Below are positions 1 through 9,392 of a stretch of 64,000 bases of DNA, piece after piece. Every line of letters starts with the position of its first letter. The first letter of the stretch is position 1. A model generated the notes under the pieces. The model did no database searches. It was given only the letters and a program-made list of their open reading frames with translations, and was not told the DNA's origin. The stretch is taken from the NCBI GenBank assembly GCA_963823255.1, contig CAWGKU010000008.1, positions 80,075-144,074 of the forward strand, in the 5' to 3' direction. A program made the translations under genes and the position numbers. Source of the stretch: an uncultured Actinomycetes bacterium. GTDB taxonomy: Bacteria > Actinomycetota > UBA4738 > HRBIN12.

Positions 1-330
1 TGGCTCGAGGACCGCAAGTGGGCGCAGATCCGGCTCGAGGGCCAGGCGTTCGGGGACGTGCCGCTCAACGTCGAGCTCAAGCTCGAGGTGTGGGACAGCC
101 CGAACTCGGCCGGCATCGTGATCGACGCGCTCCGGTGCGCGAAGCTCGCGCTGGACCGCGGCGTCGCCGGCCCGCTGATCGGCCCGAGCGCGTACTTCAT
201 GAAGTCGCCCCCGGTGCAGTTCAGCGACGAGGCCGCCCGCGAGATGGTCGAGCAGTTCATCCTCGGCAACGGCGCGAGCAAGGCCGCCGACTGGACCGCG
301 TTCTTCGACATCGAGCCCGCCGAGGCGTAG
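1..330 (+). CDS. ino1: inositol-3-phosphate synthase (myo-inositol-1-phosphate synthase), C-terminal fragment; 5' end is outside the window
   Basis: Frame 1 is open from base 1. The translation ...[46 protein letters not shown]... matches the conserved C-terminus of actinobacterial Ino1. Confidence 0.8.
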   Translation, partial: WLEDRKWAQIRLEGQAFGDVPLNVELKLEVWDSPNSAGIVIDALRCAKLALDRGVAGPLIGPSAYFMKSPPVQFSDEAAREMVEQFILGNGASKAADWTAFFDIEPAEA

Positions 331-385
331 CCGCCGGCACCACCTCGTAGGCTCTCCTCCGAGCTCGGCTACCGAGGAGGAGAGC

Positions 386-787
386 ATGCGAGCGACACGT
401 TCGAACCCCGACACCGTCGCGGCGCCGATGGGGACGTACTCCCAGGCCGTCCGCGTCGAGACCGGCGACGCCGTCTGGATCCACGTCTCCGGGCAGATCG
501 CGATCGATCGCGAGGGCAGCCTCGTCGGACCCGGCGACATCCGCGCCCAGACCCGGCAGGTGTTCGAGAACCTGAAGGCGATCTTGGAGGCGAACGGCGC
601 GACGTTCGCCGACGCGGTGAAGATCGGGACCTACCTCACCACGCTGGACGACCTCACCGGCATGCGCGAGGTCCGCAGCGAGTACCTGACCTCCGAACCC
701 CCGGCGAGCACGGCCGTGCAGGTCGTGGCGCTCGTCGTCCCGGATGCGCTGATCGAGATCGACCTCGTCGCGGTGGTGCCGGCGTGA
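386..787 (+). CDS. RidA/YjgF-family enamine/imine deaminase
   Basis: 133 aa with YjgF/RidA-like sequence (GTYSQAV...HVSGQIA...VKIGTYL...EIDLVAV). SD gaggagga lies 5 nt upstream of the ATG. Confidence 0.8.
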   Translation: MRATRSNPDTVAAPMGTYSQAVRVETGDAVWIHVSGQIAIDREGSLVGPGDIRAQTRQVFENLKAILEANGATFADAVKIGTYLTTLDDLTGMREVRSEYLTSEPPASTAVQVVALVVPDALIEIDLVAVVPA

Positions 788-1647
788 CCGCGGTCGCGGT
801 CCTGGGTCTCGGCGCGATGGGGCGTGCGATCGCGGCCAGGCTCCTCGGGGCGGGCCACCAGCTCTCGGTCTGGAACCGAACGCCGGGTCGCGACGACGAG
901 GCCGTCGCCGCCGGCGCCCGCCGGGCCGGCACGCCCGCCGACGCCGTTGCAGACGCCGAGGTCGTCATCACGATGGTCACCGACGGGAGGGCGCTGGAGG
1001 AGGTCCTGTTCGGATCGGACGGAGCCGCCTCGGCCATCTCTCCCGACGCCACCCTCATCGACATGTCGACCGTGGGGCCGACCTCGATCGCCTCGGTCGC
1101 CGAACGCCTCGCGCCGGTCCCGATGCTCGATGCCCCGGTGCTCGGCAGCGTCCCGTCGGTCCAGAGCGGCACGCTCGTGATCTTCGTCGGCGGGGACCGC
1201 GAGGTATTCGACCGGCACGCCGATCTGCTCTCGCTGCTCGGCACGCCGAGGTACCTGGGACGATCCGGCTCGGGCGCGATGTTGAAGCTCGTCAACAACG
1301 CGGCCGGCACCGCGGCCCTCGTGGCCGTCGGCGAGCTCCTCGCGCTGACCGACCGTGCGGCGATCGACCCCGACGTCGCCCTCGACAGCCTCGCTCTGGG
1401 TCCGCTCGCCTCGTTGATCGAACGCTGGCGTCCGCGCCTGAAGGGCGAGGACCACGCCTCGTACTTCCGTCTGGCCTTGGCGCGCAAGGACCTCGCGCTC
1501 GCATCCGACGAGGCCGGACGGAACGGCACCGATCTCACCGTCGCCGAGGCAGCTGCCGCCCGGTGCGACGAGGCGATCGAGGCGGGGCTCGCCGACGAGG
1601 ACTTCGGCGCGGTCGTCCCGTTCCTTCGCCAGAAGGAGAGCAGCTAA
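784..1647 (+). CDS. NAD(P)-dependent beta-hydroxyacid dehydrogenase family oxidoreductase (3-hydroxyisobutyrate / 6-phosphogluconate dehydrogenase-like)
   Basis: N-terminal Rossmann motif VLGLGAMGRAIAARL. The GTG start overlaps the RidA stop (GTGA), and the 287 aa length is typical of the family. Confidence 0.8.
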   Translation: MTAVAVLGLGAMGRAIAARLLGAGHQLSVWNRTPGRDDEAVAAGARRAGTPADAVADAEVVITMVTDGRALEEVLFGSDGAASAISPDATLIDMSTVGPTSIASVAERLAPVPMLDAPVLGSVPSVQSGTLVIFVGGDREVFDRHADLLSLLGTPRYLGRSGSGAMLKLVNNAAGTAALVAVGELLALTDRAAIDPDVALDSLALGPLASLIERWRPRLKGEDHASYFRLALARKDLALASDEAGRNGTDLTVAEAAAARCDEAIEAGLADEDFGAVVPFLRQKESS

Positions 1648-1683
1648 CCGCCGAACGCAGGCCGTGCGCCTACCATCCTCGGC

Positions 1684-3145
1684 GTGAAGCCGACCCGGCA
1701 GCGCGCCCGCGAGGCCCTGCGGAGCGACGACTTCCGGCGCCTGTTCACGATCCGGTCTGATCACGCAGTCGGGTGACGGCTTGTTCCAGGCGACGCTCAT
1801 CGCGTCGATCGTGTTCAACCCCGAGGAGCAGAACACGATCCTCGGGTTCGCGATCGCGACGCTGCTGATCTCGCTGCCCTTCTCGATCCTCGGCCCGTTC
1901 ACCGGCGTGTTCATCGACCGCTGGTCGCGGCGGAAGATCCTCGTCGTCGCGCCGCTGCTGCGGGTGGCGGCGATGTGGCTGGTGCTGTTCGACCCCAAGG
2001 CGGCGCCCGTGCTGTTCTTCGCCGGCGCCCTGTGGGTGCTCTCGGTGAACCGCTTCTACCTGGCGACGGCCGTCGCGGTGGTCCCGCGCCTGGTCCCGAC
2101 CGAGGACCTGCTGATGGCGAACTCGATGGCCACGGTCGGGGGCACCGTGGCCCTGCTCCTCGGGGTGTTCGTCGGCGGGTGGATGGTCGACCTCGCCGGC
2201 GGGAATGGGGCGCCTGCGATCGCCCTTGCGGGCGTCGAGTGGCTCATCGCCTCACTGGTCGCCACGAGGATCCGGAGCCCGCTACTCCCCCATCACGTGC
2301 CCGAGGTGGCGGTGCGGGACGAGCTCGGGCGGGTCGTCCGCGAGTTCGGCGACGGGATCGCCCGTCTCGTTCGGACGCCGCGGGCCCTCGGGCCGATCAC
2401 GTCGATCACGCTCGACCAGGTGGGGCAGGGCATCGTGCTCGTGCTCTCGCTGTTCGTGTTCCGCGACCGCTTCGAGGAGGGCGTCGGGTCGTTCTCGAAC
2501 CTGATCGGGGCCGGCGGGCTCGGGGTGCTGCTCGGCATCCTCACCGTGGGCAAGCTCGAGGAGCGCTACCCGAAGGAGCGGATCGTCGCTCGCGCGTTCT
2601 TCGCGGGCGGCCTCGTGCTGATCGCGGTGTCGCTGTACATCACCGGATGGAGCGTCCTGATCGCGAGCTTCGCCGTGGGACTCACGTTCGCGTGGAAGAA
2701 GATCCCGGTCGACACGATGGTGCAGGAGGCGATCCCCGACGGCTACCGCGGCCGGGTGTTCGCGGTCTACGACGTCGCCTACAACCTGTCCAGGGTCGCG
2801 GCCGCGTTCCTCGCGATCCCGCTCCTGAACGCGTTCGGCGAGGCGGGGGCGGTCGCGATCGTCGGTGTCGTGTTCATCCTGTGGAGCCCGGTGCTGCCCC
2901 GGTGGATCGGCCGCGTCCCCGAGCTCACGCTCCGTTTCTACGAAGGCTCGCGCGCCGAGGAGGACCCTCGGGCCGTCGTCTGGGGCGGGGTCGAGGAGAC
3001 CGTCGAGGTCGAGCAGCGCTCGCTCGAGGAGACCGACGGCGTGCGCCGGACCCGCTACCGCCTCCGGATGCTCGACGGGACGACGATCGAGGTTTCCAAG
3101 GCAGAGCCCGACGGCGCCTGGACGCTCGAGCGCGAACTCGACTGA
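1684..3145 (+). pseudogene. MFS transporter (EntS-like) with about 75-aa soluble C-terminal extension; reading frame broken by an apparent 1-nt insertion near 1756 (or a sequencing indel)
   Basis: Frame 1 from GTG 1684 gives VKPTRQRAREALRSDDFRRLFTIR. Frame 2 continues LITQSGDGLFQATLIAS.... Joined, they give the canonical MFS N-terminus FRRLFxIRLxSQxGDGLFQ. Total length is 1462 nt (3n+1). Confidence 0.75.
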
Positions 3146-3205
3146 GCCCTGCTCTTCAGCCGAACCCCCGCCGACCGCCGGGACCGGTGGTAGAACAGTC
3201 GTCTC

Positions 3206-3961
3206 GTGTCGAACGACCCCACCCAGCCGCCGGTCCCACCTCCGCCGCCCGACGCGACGGCCCCGATGCCCGCGCAGCCGCCGGGCCCGCCGCCTACAGG
3301 CGGCGGGAGCACGCGCCGAACGTGGCTGATCGTCGCCGCCGTCGTCGCGGTCCTGGTCATCGGGGGAGCCGTACTCGCGTTCGCCCTCAGCGACGGCGAC
3401 GAGGAGCGAGCCGCCTCGGGCCCGACCGGTGAGACGAGCGTCACGGGGCCGACATCGCCGACCGGCACGACGGGTCCGTCGGCCGAACCGACGGGTCCCA
3501 CGGGTGAGACCGGTCAGGACACGGGGAACGCCGGTTGCGCTGGCGCGACCGCGCCGGAGACGCTCGCCGACGGCACCTACTTCGGGTTCTTCGAGAGCAT
3601 CGACGTCGACACCGGTGTGTCGAAGTTCGACCTCGCGTGCTTCTACACCGGCGAGGAGGCCAACCAGCAGGCCGCGGCGCGCGGCGACGAGGTCCCGGTC
3701 CCGAACGACGTCTACATCGTCAACGACAACCCGGCGACCCGAGACGTGCCCGTCGAACCATCCGCCGAGCTGCTCCTGATCGACTGGAACGCGTGCTGCG
3801 AGACCGGGCCGGGAGCCACGCTCGACGGGCTCGCGTCCGCGCTCGGCCACAAGAACTTCGTCGAGATCGACGGGTGGAAGTACGCGGGGAGCCTCTCCCC
3901 CTACTGGGTGACGATCGCGAACGGCCAGATCGTCGGCATCGAGGAGCAGTTCCTGCCGTGA
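3206..3961 (+). CDS. hypothetical membrane-anchored protein with Pro-rich N-terminus and GPTG/PTG-repeat linker
   Basis: 251-aa ORF with one TM helix (WLIVAAVVAVLVIGGAVLAFAL) and a C-terminal Cys-containing globular domain. No family is recognised. Confidence 0.6.
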   Translation: MSNDPTQPPVPPPPPDATAPMPAQPPGPPPTGGGSTRRTWLIVAAVVAVLVIGGAVLAFALSDGDEERAASGPTGETSVTGPTSPTGTTGPSAEPTGPTGETGQDTGNAGCAGATAPETLADGTYFGFFESIDVDTGVSKFDLACFYTGEEANQQAAARGDEVPVPNDVYIVNDNPATRDVPVEPSAELLLIDWNACCETGPGATLDGLASALGHKNFVEIDGWKYAGSLSPYWVTIANGQIVGIEEQFLP

Positions 3962-3969
3962 CCTTGGCC

Positions 3970-4797
3970 ATGACCGTGGCCGTGACCACGGCCACGAGAT
4001 CGCGCCGTGGCGCCATGGTCCTCGGCCTCGTGCTCGCGACGACGCTCGCGGCCTGCGCGTCGTCCGGCGATGCCGCCCCTCCGCGACCGAGCCCGAGGGC
4101 CGACCGGGCCCAACCCACCGGGCCGACCGGGACGGCGCCGAGCCCCGCCACCGGACCGACTGGCGCCGAACCGACCGGGCCCGTCGAACGATCGGGCTTC
4201 CACGGCAAGCTGGACGAGCTTCCCCAAGGCCTGGCCGCGCAGATGAGCGGCACCACGTGGCATCCCGGCTGCCCGGTGGCGCTCGAGGACCTGCGGCTCC
4301 TGCACTTCAACTACTGGGGGTTCGGTGGCAACGTGCTCCGTGGTCTCATGGTCGTGAACGCCTCGGCCGCCGAGGACGTCCTGGGGGTGTTCCACCGGCT
4401 CTACGATGCCCGGTTCCCGATCAAGCGCGTCTCGCTCTCGACCCCGTTCCATCCGAAGGCGTTCGCGCAGCACCGGCGGATCGACAGCAACCGAAGCGTG
4501 ACCGCGTCGTTCAACTGCCGGCCGGTGGTGACCGCGCTCGGTCCGAGCGACAGCTTCTCCCAGCACTCGTACGGGCTCGCGATCGACCTCAACCCGCTCC
4601 AGAACCCGTACGTCACCAGCGACGGGTTCGTACGCAACCGGGCGGCCGAGCCGTATACCGACCGGAGCGGACACCTCGAGGGCATGATCCACGAGGGGGA
4701 CGTCGTCGTCCGTGCGTTCGCCGCGATCGGCTGGTCGTGGGGCGGGAACTGGAGCGGCGACAAGGACTACATGCACTTCTCGGCGACCGGCACCTGA
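3970..4797 (+). CDS. M15-family zinc D-Ala-D-Ala carboxypeptidase-like peptidase, probable lipoprotein
   Basis: Lipobox LAAC after MTVAVTTATRSRRGAMVLGLVLATT. VanY/M15 motifs SQHSYGLAIDLNP and DYMHFS are present. An alternative GTG start at 3958 overlaps the upstream stop. Confidence 0.8.
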   Translation: MTVAVTTATRSRRGAMVLGLVLATTLAACASSGDAAPPRPSPRADRAQPTGPTGTAPSPATGPTGAEPTGPVERSGFHGKLDELPQGLAAQMSGTTWHPGCPVALEDLRLLHFNYWGFGGNVLRGLMVVNASAAEDVLGVFHRLYDARFPIKRVSLSTPFHPKAFAQHRRIDSNRSVTASFNCRPVVTALGPSDSFSQHSYGLAIDLNPLQNPYVTSDGFVRNRAAEPYTDRSGHLEGMIHEGDVVVRAFAAIGWSWGGNWSGDKDYMHFSATGT

Positions 4798-4803
4798 CCG
4801 ACC

Positions 4804-5547
4804 ATGCCGCGCGAGTGGGACGCCGAGACTTACGACGCGATCGCCGACCCGCAGTTCCGGTGGGGCTCGGCCGTCGTCGACCGTCTCGAGCTCGACGGCG
4901 CCGAGACCGTGCTGGACGCGGGGTGCGGTTCGGGGCGGGTGACCGCGCGCCTGGCCGAACGGCTCCCTCGAGGCCACGTGGTCGCGCTCGACGGGTCGAC
5001 GTCGATGCTCGAGACCGCGCGGCGCCGGCTGGCGCCGTTCGGCGAGCGGCTCCGGTTCGTGGCCGCGGACCTGATGCTGCCGCTCCCGATCGACGAGCCT
5101 GTCGACGCGATCGTGTCGACCGCGACGTTCCACTGGGTCCCGGACCACGACGCGCTGTTCGCCAACCTCGCGGCCGTGCTCCGGCCCGGCGGGCGGCTCG
5201 CCGCTCAGTGCGGTGGCGCGGGGAACCTCGTCAGCGTGGTGCGGGTGCTCGAGGAGCTCGGCGCCGATCCGTTCACGGGCAAGGTGTTCGCGACGCCCGA
5301 GCAGACCGAGGAGCGCCTGCGCGCGTCCGGGTTCACGGACATCTCGTGCTGGCTCCACACCGAGCCCACGCCCTTCGAGACCCTCGGGACGCTCGAGACG
5401 TTCCTGCGCACGGTCGTGCTCGGCGACCACGTCAAGGCGATGACCGGCGAGGAGGCTGCGGCGTTCTCGCACGAGGTCGCCTCGCGACTGCCGCGGCTGG
5501 AGCTGGACTACGTCCGGCTCAACATGGACGCGGTTCGGGCGGGCTAG
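4804..5547 (+). CDS. class I SAM-dependent methyltransferase (trans-aconitate methyltransferase-like)
   Basis: SAM-binding motif VLDAGCGSGRVT; 247 aa. Confidence 0.75.
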   Translation: MPREWDAETYDAIADPQFRWGSAVVDRLELDGAETVLDAGCGSGRVTARLAERLPRGHVVALDGSTSMLETARRRLAPFGERLRFVAADLMLPLPIDEPVDAIVSTATFHWVPDHDALFANLAAVLRPGGRLAAQCGGAGNLVSVVRVLEELGADPFTGKVFATPEQTEERLRASGFTDISCWLHTEPTPFETLGTLETFLRTVVLGDHVKAMTGEEAAAFSHEVASRLPRLELDYVRLNMDAVRAG

Positions 5548-5559
5548 GCGGCCGCGGGA

Positions 5560-6831
5560 TCAGGCGGCCTCGAGCTGCCCGGGCTCGAGCTCGAGCCGTT
5601 CGGCCGCGGCGCGCCGCGAGGCCCGGCGCGAGAGGACCCACAGGCCGACGAGCCCGGTCGCGAGCGCGACCAGACCGCCGCCCGCGAACGCGATCCGCGG
5701 TCCGAGGTGCTCGCCGACCCAGCCGGCGATCGGGGCGCCGATCGGCGTCGTCCCCAGGAACACGATCCCGTACAGGGCCATGACGCGGCCGCGCATGTCG
5801 GGTCGCGCGGTCAGCTGCAGCGTCGAGTTCGCGGTCACGAAGAAGACGATCGAGGCGACGCCGAGCGGGAGCATCGAGATCACCGCGACGTGGAGGCTCG
5901 GCGCGAACGCGACGAGCGTGGTCACGACCCCGACGCCGACGGCGGCGAGCGCCAGCATGCGTTCGCCGGGCCGTGGATGGTTCGCCATCACGAGCGCGCC
6001 CGCCAGCGAGCCCACCCCGGCGACCGAGAACAGCAGGGCGAGCGTCCCCGCATCGCCCCCGAACGTGCGCTCGGCGAACAGCGGGATCAGGACGGAGTAG
6101 TTGAAGCTGAACAGGTACAGCACCGACATGAGGATCAGCGGCCGGCGGAGCTCGTCGGTGCGCCACGCGTAGCGGAACCCCTCGCGGATCGCGCCGGCCT
6201 CCCTTGGCGCACGCTGCTTCCGCAGCTCCTCGGTGTGCATCGAGAGGAGCGCGGCGATCACCGCGATGTACGAGACGGCGTTGAGGAAGAAGCACCACGA
6301 CAGGCCGATCCCCGCGATCAGCGCCCCGGCGAGCGCGGGGCCGACGATCCTGGTCCCGGTCATCACGGCGCTGTTGAGGCTCACCGCGTTCGGGAGATCC
6401 TTCTCCTCGACCATCTCCGAGAAGAAGCTCTGGCGGGTCGGCTGGTCGATCGAGGTCGTCACGCCTTGCAGGAACGAGAGCGCGTAGACCATCCAGAGCT
6501 CGACGACGCCGGAAGCCACGATGGCCCACAGCCCCAGGGCGAGCACGCCGAACGTCACCTGCGTCGCGAGCAGGATCCGCCGCTTGTCGTGCCGGTCCGC
6601 GAGCGCCCCGCCGAGCGGGCCGAACAGCAGGATCGGCCCGAAGGCGAGCGCGGTGTCGATCCCGAGCGCGACCCCGCTGCCCGTCAGCTGGAGCACCAGC
6701 CAGGCGGCGGCCACCATCTGCATCCACGTGCCGGTGACCGAGATCGCCTGCCCGATGAAGAATCGGCGGAAGTTCTCGGAGTGGCCGAGGGAGTGGAACG
6801 TTCGATGGACGGTGAGGCGGACGGGGGTCAC
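5560..6831 (-). CDS. MFS transporter (EntS/enterobactin-exporter-like)
   Basis: 423 aa with about 12 hydrophobic segments and N-terminal FRRFFIGQAISVTGTWMQ. It overlaps the marR stop by 4 nt, giving a marR-MFS operon. Confidence 0.85.
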   Translation of the reverse strand: MTPVRLTVHRTFHSLGHSENFRRFFIGQAISVTGTWMQMVAAAWLVLQLTGSGVALGIDTALAFGPILLFGPLGGALADRHDKRRILLATQVTFGVLALGLWAIVASGVVELWMVYALSFLQGVTTSIDQPTRQSFFSEMVEEKDLPNAVSLNSAVMTGTRIVGPALAGALIAGIGLSWCFFLNAVSYIAVIAALLSMHTEELRKQRAPREAGAIREGFRYAWRTDELRRPLILMSVLYLFSFNYSVLIPLFAERTFGGDAGTLALLFSVAGVGSLAGALVMANHPRPGERMLALAAVGVGVVTTLVAFAPSLHVAVISMLPLGVASIVFFVTANSTLQLTARPDMRGRVMALYGIVFLGTTPIGAPIAGWVGEHLGPRIAFAGGGLVALATGLVGLWVLSRRASRRAAAERLELEPGQLEAA

Positions 6832-7292
6832 GAGCGTCCCCCCGACGGCGGGACGGACGGCGCGTCGGTCAGGCGCTCGAGGATCTGGGCCGCGGCCTCG
6901 AGGGTCCGGAGCTCCTCCGGCTCGAGCGAGCGGAGCGACTTGGCCAGATAGGCCTCCTTGCGGCGCCGGCTCCGTTCGAGCAGGCGCCGGCCCTCGGTCG
7001 TGACCGTGACCCAGGCCACCCGGCCATCGGCCGTGTCTTGCTCGCGCACCACCAGGCCGGCCTCGACGAGGGCCGCGACGATCCGCGTCATCGTGGGAGG
7101 CTGGACCTGCTCGGCGTGGCAGAGGTCGCGCATCGTGAGCGACCCCTGGCGTTCGGCCGAGGAGAGCGCCGAGAGCATCGAGGGCGTGACGCCCGCCTCG
7201 GCCTCCTGGCGGAGGCGGCGGGCCAGCCGCGTCACGGCGAGGCGGAGCCGGGCGGCCAGAGCGGTGGCGTCGACGGACGCGATCGTGGTCAC
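6828..7292 (-). CDS. MarR-family transcriptional regulator
   Basis: 154 aa with a winged-HTH pattern (LTMRDLCHAEQVQPPTMTRIVAALVEAGLVVRE...DGRV). A TAGTAT -10 box lies 9 nt upstream of the GTG. Confidence 0.85.
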   Translation of the reverse strand: MTTIASVDATALAARLRLAVTRLARRLRQEAEAGVTPSMLSALSSAERQGSLTMRDLCHAEQVQPPTMTRIVAALVEAGLVVREQDTADGRVAWVTVTTEGRRLLERSRRRKEAYLAKSLRSLEPEELRTLEAAAQILERLTDAPSVPPSGGRS

Positions 7293-7346
7293 ACTCGCAT
7301 GATACTACGCAATGCTAATTAGCGACGCGAACGACCTCGGGAGGCC

Positions 7347-8180
7347 CTAGATGAACAGCTGGATCGCGCTCTCCTTCATCTCGAGCAGCGCGGTGGCGGC
7401 CCCGATCGGCTCCTCGAGCCCCTCGATCAGGTCCTCGGTACCGATCCCCATCAGGTCCATCGTCATCTGGCACGGGATGAGCCGGACGCCCATGTCGCGG
7501 GCGAGCTCGAGCAGCTCGGTTGGGTGCGGGGTCTTGTAGTCCTCGGCCACCTTGCCGAGCATCCACGGCCCCATGCCGCCGAAGTTGTACCGGGACAGCT
7601 TCGCCTTCGCGGTCGAACCCGGGTTCATCTGCCCGAGCGCCTTGGTCATCCAGTCCTTCCCGGTCTTGCGCCGGCGCTCCGGCTTCACGAGCGCGAACAA
7701 CCCCCAGAACGTGAAGAACACGCTCACCTCCATCCCGGAGGCGGCGGCCGTGGTCGACAGGATCAGCGTCGGCCACACGCGGTCCAGATGCCCGTCCCAG
7801 GCCACGATCGTGATCTTGTTCTTCCGGTTGAACCCGTCGGCGGCCTCGCGCTCGGCGAGCGCCTGGTCGATCAGCTCGCGGATCGCCCCTGCGTCGGGGC
7901 CGGCCTCGGCGTCGTTCGTCGCGTCGCGTGCGGTCTGGACCATCCCGATCACACCTTCCTGATCACGTAGCGGTAGACCCCCGACGGTCTCGCTCGCATC
8001 GAGCAGCTCGTGACCCGAGAGCTTCGACCAGGACGGGACGTCGGACTTGGAGCCTGGGTCGGTCGCGAGGAGCTCGAGCAGGTCGCCTTGGTCGGCCTCC
8101 TTCAGCGCCTTGTGCAGCGCGACGAGCGGCCCGGGGCAGGACTGGCCCCGCGCGTCCACGGTGGCGGTGATGACATCCAT
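7347..8180 (-). CDS. fusion protein: N-terminal TusA/SirA sulfur-carrier domain plus C-terminal DsrE/DrsE_2-like (COG2210) domain
   Basis: The TusA motif DARGQSCPGPLV is at residues 9-20. The C-terminal half has NKITIVAW...FFTFWGL...IPCQMTMD, typical of DsrE-like proteins. A strong SD aaggagg lies upstream. Confidence 0.75.
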   Translation of the reverse strand: MDVITATVDARGQSCPGPLVALHKALKEADQGDLLELLATDPGSKSDVPSWSKLSGHELLDASETVGGLPLRDQEGVIGMVQTARDATNDAEAGPDAGAIRELIDQALAEREAADGFNRKNKITIVAWDGHLDRVWPTLILSTTAAASGMEVSVFFTFWGLFALVKPERRRKTGKDWMTKALGQMNPGSTAKAKLSRYNFGGMGPWMLGKVAEDYKTPHPTELLELARDMGVRLIPCQMTMDLMGIGTEDLIEGLEEPIGAATALLEMKESAIQLFI

Positions 8181-8419
8181 CAGATCGGAACCTCCTTGCG
8201 AGCGATGTGGGGTAGCGGGTGGGGGGTGCGGTGCCGGTGAGCGAGGCCTAGCGGCCCTCGCCGGGCACCCCAGGACAGCAGCATCGGTCGGGGATCATCG
8301 CCCCGACGAGACCACGGCAGCGTGTCCGGATCATTGCAACTGCAAATGCTACCGGCGCGATGGGAAATACCGCAACCGGGCCGGCTCGCGCACGATCGGG
8401 ACCGGGGCGGCAGCCGCAG

Positions 8420-8810
8420 TCAGAGCGACCGAACGCGTTCGGGCGGCCACCACACCCACCGCACCCGTGCGCGAACGCGCTCGATCGGCACCGGCCCGAA
8501 CCGTCGGCTGTCGGTCGAACCCCCGGGTTCGTCCCCTTCGATCCAGAACTCGTCCATCAGCATGACGCCCGTCGGGGGCCACGTCGCCGGCGACGTGGAC
8601 GACGCGCTTGACGAGCTCGAAACCGGGACGCTCGGGGTGCTCGACCACGACGATGTCGCCGCGGCGCACGCTCCGAACGCGGATCGCGAGCGCCCAGTCG
8701 CCGGGCTCCAGCGTGGGGCGCATCGACGTGCCGGCCACCTCGACCCGGAACGGTCGCCAGCGCTGGAACCCGTACGCTGCAGCGATACCCGCGAACAGGG
8801 TGGCGAGCAT
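8420..8810 (-). pseudogene. sodX: nickel-SOD maturation protease SodX (S26 signal-peptidase family), frame broken by a 1-nt indel near the G5 run at 8574-8578
   Basis: The N-terminal frame gives MLATLFAGIAAAYGF..VEVAGTSMRPTLEPGDWALAIRV..GDIVVVEHP..ELVKRVVHVAGDVAPDG. A second frame continues MLMDEFWIEGDEPGGSTDSRRFGPVPIERVRARVRWVWWPPERV, the canonical S26 C-terminal boxes. Length is 3n+1. The gene is divergent from sodN. Confidence 0.75.
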
Positions 8811-8882
8811 CGCCTTCCGCGCTCGCGTACGGCGGTGGTAGGTTCGGGTCACGGAACACCCATCGTCCGAAGGAGGGAACGC

Positions 8883-9299
8883 ATGCTGGAAGCTTTGCTC
8901 AGACCGCGACGCGTCGTCCATGCGCATTGCGACCTGCCCTGCGGGATCTACGACCCGGCGCAGGCCCGCGTGGAGGCCGAGTCCGTGAAGGCGATCCAGA
9001 CCCGCTACCAGGACGCGGAGAAGTTCAAGACCGCCGGCGAGAGCGTGGAGGACTATCGGACCCGCGCGCTGGCGATCAAGGAGGCCCGGGCGGATCTGGT
9101 CAAGGAGCACCTATGGGTGCTGTGGACCGACTACTTCAAGCCCGAGCACCTCGAGAAGTACCCGCAGCTCCACGACCTGTTCTGGAACGCGACGAAGGAG
9201 GCGGGTCTGGCCAAGAAGGCGCAGGATCCCGCGCAGGGTCAGAAGCTGCTGGACTCGATCGACGAGATCGGCAAGATCTTCTGGGAGACCAAGTCGTAG
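8883..9299 (+). CDS. sodN: nickel-containing superoxide dismutase precursor
   Basis: A 14-aa propeptide MLEALLRPRRVVHA is followed by the Ni-hook HCDLPCGIYDP. The C-terminus ...IDEIGKIFWETKS closely parallels Streptomyces SodN. SD aaggaggg lies upstream. Confidence 0.92.
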   Translation: MLEALLRPRRVVHAHCDLPCGIYDPAQARVEAESVKAIQTRYQDAEKFKTAGESVEDYRTRALAIKEARADLVKEHLWVLWTDYFKPEHLEKYPQLHDLFWNATKEAGLAKKAQDPAQGQKLLDSIDEIGKIFWETKS

Positions 9300-9392
9300 G
9301 CAACGGTTCCGAACGCGGAAGGGCGGGGCGACCGGCTCCGCCCTTCGTCGCGTCCGGGTTCGGCCTCCGGGGCCGCTCCCTAGACTGACCCC

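Noticed and set aside
8181-8419. 240-bp gap between the TusA-DsrE start and the sodX stop, considered as a possible ncRNA or riboswitch
   Set aside because: It contains a small hairpin (TCGGGG-N7-CCCCGA, 8288-8306) and the TTGCA palindrome, but I recognise no known riboswitch or sRNA fold. It is most simply promoter and terminator space.
8322-8882. N-terminal 187 codons of the 325-aa ORF that ends as sodN
   Set aside because: This part overlaps sodX on the other strand. A strong SD and an ATG at 8883 give a propeptide of canonical length before HCDLPCG.
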